A stretch of DNA of 44,488 nt from Acidimicrobiales bacterium (GTDB lineage: Bacteria > Actinomycetota > Acidimicrobiia > Acidimicrobiales > Palsa-688), in contig JBEKNX010000001.1 in NCBI GenBank assembly GCA_049522375.1, positions 1 to 44,488 on the forward strand. The letters are read 5' to 3'. The translations under genes were made by a program, and so were the position numbers. The notes beneath the pieces were generated by a model that ran no database searches, was not told where the DNA came from, and saw only the letters and a program-made list of their open reading frames with translations. Below are positions 41,642 to 44,488 of this stretch, piece after piece. The stretch's first letter is position 1; each line of letters starts with the position of its first letter.

Positions 41642-41753
41642 GGAACCCGGAGCAAGGAAGCAGCGCCTCGTACGCCAGGGACTGGCGAACCGAACATTTT
41701 CGGAGGTCCACGGTGTATAGCGCGCGTGCCAACCGGCCGGCGGAGGAGCAGCG

Positions 41754-42116
41754 ATGAGCAACGTCTTCGGCGACGTCGCCACTTCTGCCATATACCAGGC
41801 CATGCAGGGGCTATGGGCCGAGCAACAGGCGGCCGCCAACAACATCGCCAATGCGAACACCCCCGACTTCAAGGCCCAAGACGTCGATTTCGAGTCCAGC
41901 CTGGCCCAGGCCATCGCCAACGGCGACCCCTCACAAATGCAGCTCACCACGTCCGTGTCGAGCGCGCCTTCTGACCAGATCGGCAACAACGTCGACCTGG
42001 CCACGGAAATGGTCAACAGCCAGAAGGCGGGGATGCAGTTCCAGACCATGGTCGACGCCATGAACGCCAAGTTCCAGCTCCTTTCCACCGCCATCAACGG
42101 GCCGAGCGCCAGCTGA
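41754..42116 (+). CDS. flgB: Flagellar basal-body rod protein FlgB
   Basis: 120 aa with GGAGGA upstream. ANNIANANTPDFKAQDVDFE is the rod N-terminal motif. First gene of the flgB-flgC-fliE-fliF order. Confidence 0.85.
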   Translation: MSNVFGDVATSAIYQAMQGLWAEQQAAANNIANANTPDFKAQDVDFESSLAQAIANGDPSQMQLTTSVSSAPSDQIGNNVDLATEMVNSQKAGMQFQTMVDAMNAKFQLLSTAINGPSAS

Positions 42117-42132
42117 GTAACGAGGAGGGAAA

Positions 42133-42570
42133 ATGGGGCTTTTCGATCCGATCAGTACGGCCATGAGCGGTGTCGACGCGTCGGAGACCTGGTTGAACGC
42201 CATATCCGACAACATCGCCAATATGAACGATGTCACCTCGACATCACAGGCCGCCTACCAGGAACGTTTCGTGGTCATGCAGGCCGTCCCGGGCCAATCG
42301 GGGGGCACGGGCAGCGGCGCGGCCAGCGACGCCACCATCGGTAGTGGCGTGGCCGTCGCTGGGGTCGCCCTGGGCAGCCCCGAGGGAGTGGAGGAGTACG
42401 ACCCCGGCAACCCGCTGGCCGACAAGAACGGCATGGTCAGGGCGGCCGATGTGGACCTCGGCCAGCAGATGACCAACATGATGCTGGCCCAGAGGGGCTA
42501 TGAAGCCAACCTCGCCACCATCAGCCAGGCCGAGAATGCCTACCAGGCGGCGTTGGGGCTGAAGGTATGA
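42133..42570 (+). CDS. flgC: Flagellar basal-body rod protein FlgC
   Basis: 145 aa. SDNIANMNDVTS (rod N-motif) and VDLGQQMTNMMLAQRGYEANLATI (rod C-motif). Confidence 0.9.
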   Translation: MGLFDPISTAMSGVDASETWLNAISDNIANMNDVTSTSQAAYQERFVVMQAVPGQSGGTGSGAASDATIGSGVAVAGVALGSPEGVEEYDPGNPLADKNGMVRAADVDLGQQMTNMMLAQRGYEANLATISQAENAYQAALGLKV

Positions 42571-42929
42571 GCATCATCCCCGTTTCCGCGGCCAGCGGGG
42601 CCCTGTTCCCCGCGGCCGAGACGTCCCAGGTGGGCATGGCCGGGCCCACGGCGCCCACCTCGCCCACGGCGCCGCTCGGGGGCGCCGACGGGGCGGCGAG
42701 CGCAGGCGGGGACAGCTTCGCCAACGTTCTCGGCAATGCATTAGACGGCGTGCAGTCGTCCCAGGCCGGCGCCGACAACCTCGCCACGCAGGCGGCCACG
42801 GGGAGCCTCACCAACGTTTCCGACTACATGGTGGCCGCCGAAGAGGCGAACATCCAGACCCAGCTCACCGCCGCCGTGCGCAATAACGCCCTGCAGGCCT
42901 TCCAGCAGATCATGGGGATGCAACTATGA
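42567..42929 (+). CDS. fliE: Flagellar hook-basal body complex protein FliE
   Basis: 120 aa. C-terminal VAAEEANIQTQLTAAVRNNALQAFQQIMGMQL is the FliE signature. ATGA overlaps on both sides. Confidence 0.85.
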   Translation: MSIIPVSAASGALFPAAETSQVGMAGPTAPTSPTAPLGGADGAASAGGDSFANVLGNALDGVQSSQAGADNLATQAATGSLTNVSDYMVAAEEANIQTQLTAAVRNNALQAFQQIMGMQL

Positions 42930-44488
42930 CGGCACCGGTGCGGCCGGGCCCCCAAGCCGGCGCCGCGCCCGGCGATACCAGCCAGGGCGGCCTATTGCTG
43001 CGCCTGCGCGACCGCTCCAAGGAAATAGTGGCCGGATTTTCCAGCGGTCAAAAAACCGTCGTCGTCGTGGCCGTCCTGGCCGTGGTGGTCGGTGGGTACC
43101 TTTTCATGTCGTGGGCGTCCCAACCCTCTTATGTGCCCCTGTTCTCCAACCTGAGCTCTCCGGACGCGGCGGCAATAACGCAGAAACTGGCCGCCAATAA
43201 AATCCCCTACCAGCTGTCCGAAGGCGGCCAGCAGGTCCTCGTCCCCGACAGCGACGTCTACCAGCAGCGCCTGGACATGGCGGCCGCCGGCCTCCCCTCC
43301 TCCGGGGACCAGGGCTACAGCCTGCTCGACAGCTCGGGGGTGACGACTTCGCAGTTCCAGCAGCAAGTCGAGTACCAGCAGGCTGTCTCCGACGAACTGG
43401 AACAGACCATCGAGTCCATAAACGGGGTGAGCTCCGCCGTCGTAAATGTCGTGATCCCCCAGGAGTCCCTTTTCTCCTCCAGCTCGGACCAACCCTCGGC
43501 GTCCGTCCTGGTCTCGCTCCAGTCGGGCATAACCCTGTCGGCCGAGCAGGTCGAGGCCATTGTCCACCTCGTGGCTTCGAGCATCGAAGGGCTCACGCCG
43601 GACAACGTGACCGTCGCCGACAGCAACGGCGATGTCTTGAACGCCCCCGGCACCGACGCCGGCAACGTGGCGGCCGGGACCATCGAACAACAACAGACGG
43701 AGACCTACGACCAGAGCCTGGACGATTCGCTGCAGGACATGCTGGCCACCGTGCTCGGCCCGGGCAACGCCGTCGTGCACGCCAGCGCCGTGCTGGATTT
43801 CGACCAGACCCAGGTCACCAGCCAGATCTACGACCCCAACCGGCAAGGGCCGATCCCCGTCCAGCAGGCGACGTCCAAGGAAACCTATACCGGCGCCGGC
43901 GCCAGCCAGGCCGCCGGCGTCCAGGGAGCCTCCAACGTGCCCGTCACCGCGGCCACCACCACGACCACGCTGGCCAAGTCCACAAAAACGGGGGCGGCCA
44001 AGACGACCACGACGGTGGCGGCGTCCGTGGGCGCGGCGGTCACCACGGTGCCGAGCTACACCCAGGTCGGCAGCTCCCAGCAGAACGTCGTGAGCGAGGT
44101 CACCAAGTCGGTCAACTCGGCCCCGGGCGCGCTCCAGCAGGTGTCCCTGGCCGTCGTCGTGAACAGTTCGGTGAAAGGCGTTAACGCTTCTGAGATAAAA
44201 CAGCTGGTTTCGGCGGCGGCCGGGCTCCAACCCTCCCGGGGCGACACCATCCAGGTCGCTTTCGTCCCCTTCGACCAGACCGCGGCCAAGCTGCAGGCCG
44301 CGCAACTGAAAGCGGCGGCGAGCGCCAAGAGCAAGGCGACCATGATGAGCGAGGCCCGGGGCGGGCTCGTGCTGGTCGTCGTGATCGGGCTGCTCGTGTT
44401 CTCCATGCGCCGGATCACCAAGACGACCCGGGTGCCCCTGGCCCTTCCACCCGGCTTCCAGGCCCTGGAGCTCGAGAGCGGCGATGCT
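42926..44488 (+). CDS. fliF: Flagellar M-ring protein FliF (3' end truncated by the window edge)
   Basis: Not in the supplied ORF track because no stop is reached. I translated from ATG 42926 myself: MTAPVRPG...VVVVAVLAVVVGGYLFMSWASQPSYVPLFSNLSSPDAAAITQKLAANKIPYQL...TSQFQQQVEYQQAVSDELEQTIESINGVSSAVVNVVIPQ, a typical FliF N-terminus and ring-building motif. The frame is open for 521 codons to the end of the window. Confidence 0.85.
   Translation, partial: MTAPVRPGPQAGAAPGDTSQGGLLLRLRDRSKEIVAGFSSGQKTVVVVAVLAVVVGGYLFMSWASQPSYVPLFSNLSSPDAAAITQKLAANKIPYQLSEGGQQVLVPDSDVYQQRLDMAAAGLPSSGDQGYSLLDSSGVTTSQFQQQVEYQQAVSDELEQTIESINGVSSAVVNVVIPQESLFSSSSDQPSASVLVSLQSGITLSAEQVEAIVHLVASSIEGLTPDNVTVADSNGDVLNAPGTDAGNVAAGTIEQQQTETYDQSLDDSLQDMLATVLGPGNAVVHASAVLDFDQTQVTSQIYDPNRQGPIPVQQATSKETYTGAGASQAAGVQGASNVPVTAATTTTTLAKSTKTGAAKTTTTVAASVGAAVTTVPSYTQVGSSQQNVVSEVTKSVNSAPGALQQVSLAVVVNSSVKGVNASEIKQLVSAAAGLQPSRGDTIQVAFVPFDQTAAKLQAAQLKAAASAKSKATMMSEARGGLVLVVVIGLLVFSMRRITKTTRVPLALPPGFQALELESGDA

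Noticed and set aside
1-44488. Search for tRNA, rRNA, tmRNA, SRP RNA or RNase P-like sequences in the intergenic spacers (16335-16493, 19850-20177, 21594-22131 and 41546-41753).
   Set aside because: I found no T-loop GGTTCGAAT-type boxes, cloverleaf-compatible stems or conserved SRP/RNase P motifs by eye. A covariance-model scan (tRNAscan-SE, Infernal/Rfam) would be needed to be definitive.

Overview
High-GC, Actinobacteria-like chromosomal window (GC judged by eye; frequent GTG/TTG starts and ATGA/GTGA gene overlaps). It has three parts. (1) Positions 1-8100 are an accessory patch. It holds four type II toxin-antitoxin pairs (RHH-MazF, AbrB-PIN, RHH-PIN, RHH-PIN), an Eis-like GNAT, a decayed AbiEii fragment, an apparently intact ISAzo13-family IS with imperfect 16-bp terminal inverted repeats, a DUF222/HNH gene behind a near-consensus promoter, and an orphan low-GC segment. 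(2) Positions 8100-24700 are mostly housekeeping or envelope genes: helD, hemE, a translationally coupled GtrA / methyltransferase / GT4 / methyltransferase / prenyltransferase-like cluster, proS, a GNAT, bioA, an MFS exporter and a membrane GAF-GGDEF-EAL protein. (3) Positions 24700-44488 hold two secreted proteins, one a 700-aa multi-repeat protein, followed by a Bacillus-like late flagellar locus. On the minus strand this is flgN-flgK-flgL-fliW-csrA. On the plus strand it is fliA, fliC, a giant fliD, fliS, a fliT-like ORF, flgB, flgC, fliE and fliF (3' truncated by the window edge). Three TPR-fused glycosyltransferases (two plus-strand, one minus-strand) sit between fliA and fliC. The most interesting signal I found by reading the DNA is a sigma-28-type bipartite promoter motif. 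It recurs with fixed geometry in front of seven transcription units of this locus. In five of them (fliA, flgN and all three glycosyltransferases) the start codon sits exactly where the transcription start is predicted, which suggests a leaderless regulon. fliC instead keeps a leader carrying two CsrA-type GGA sites. A second recurring theme is many short in-frame or intergenic tandem duplications (9, 15, 15, 24, 27 and 30 bp units). No rRNA, tRNA or CRISPR array was seen. All calls rest on by-eye motif and family recognition; no database search was possible.
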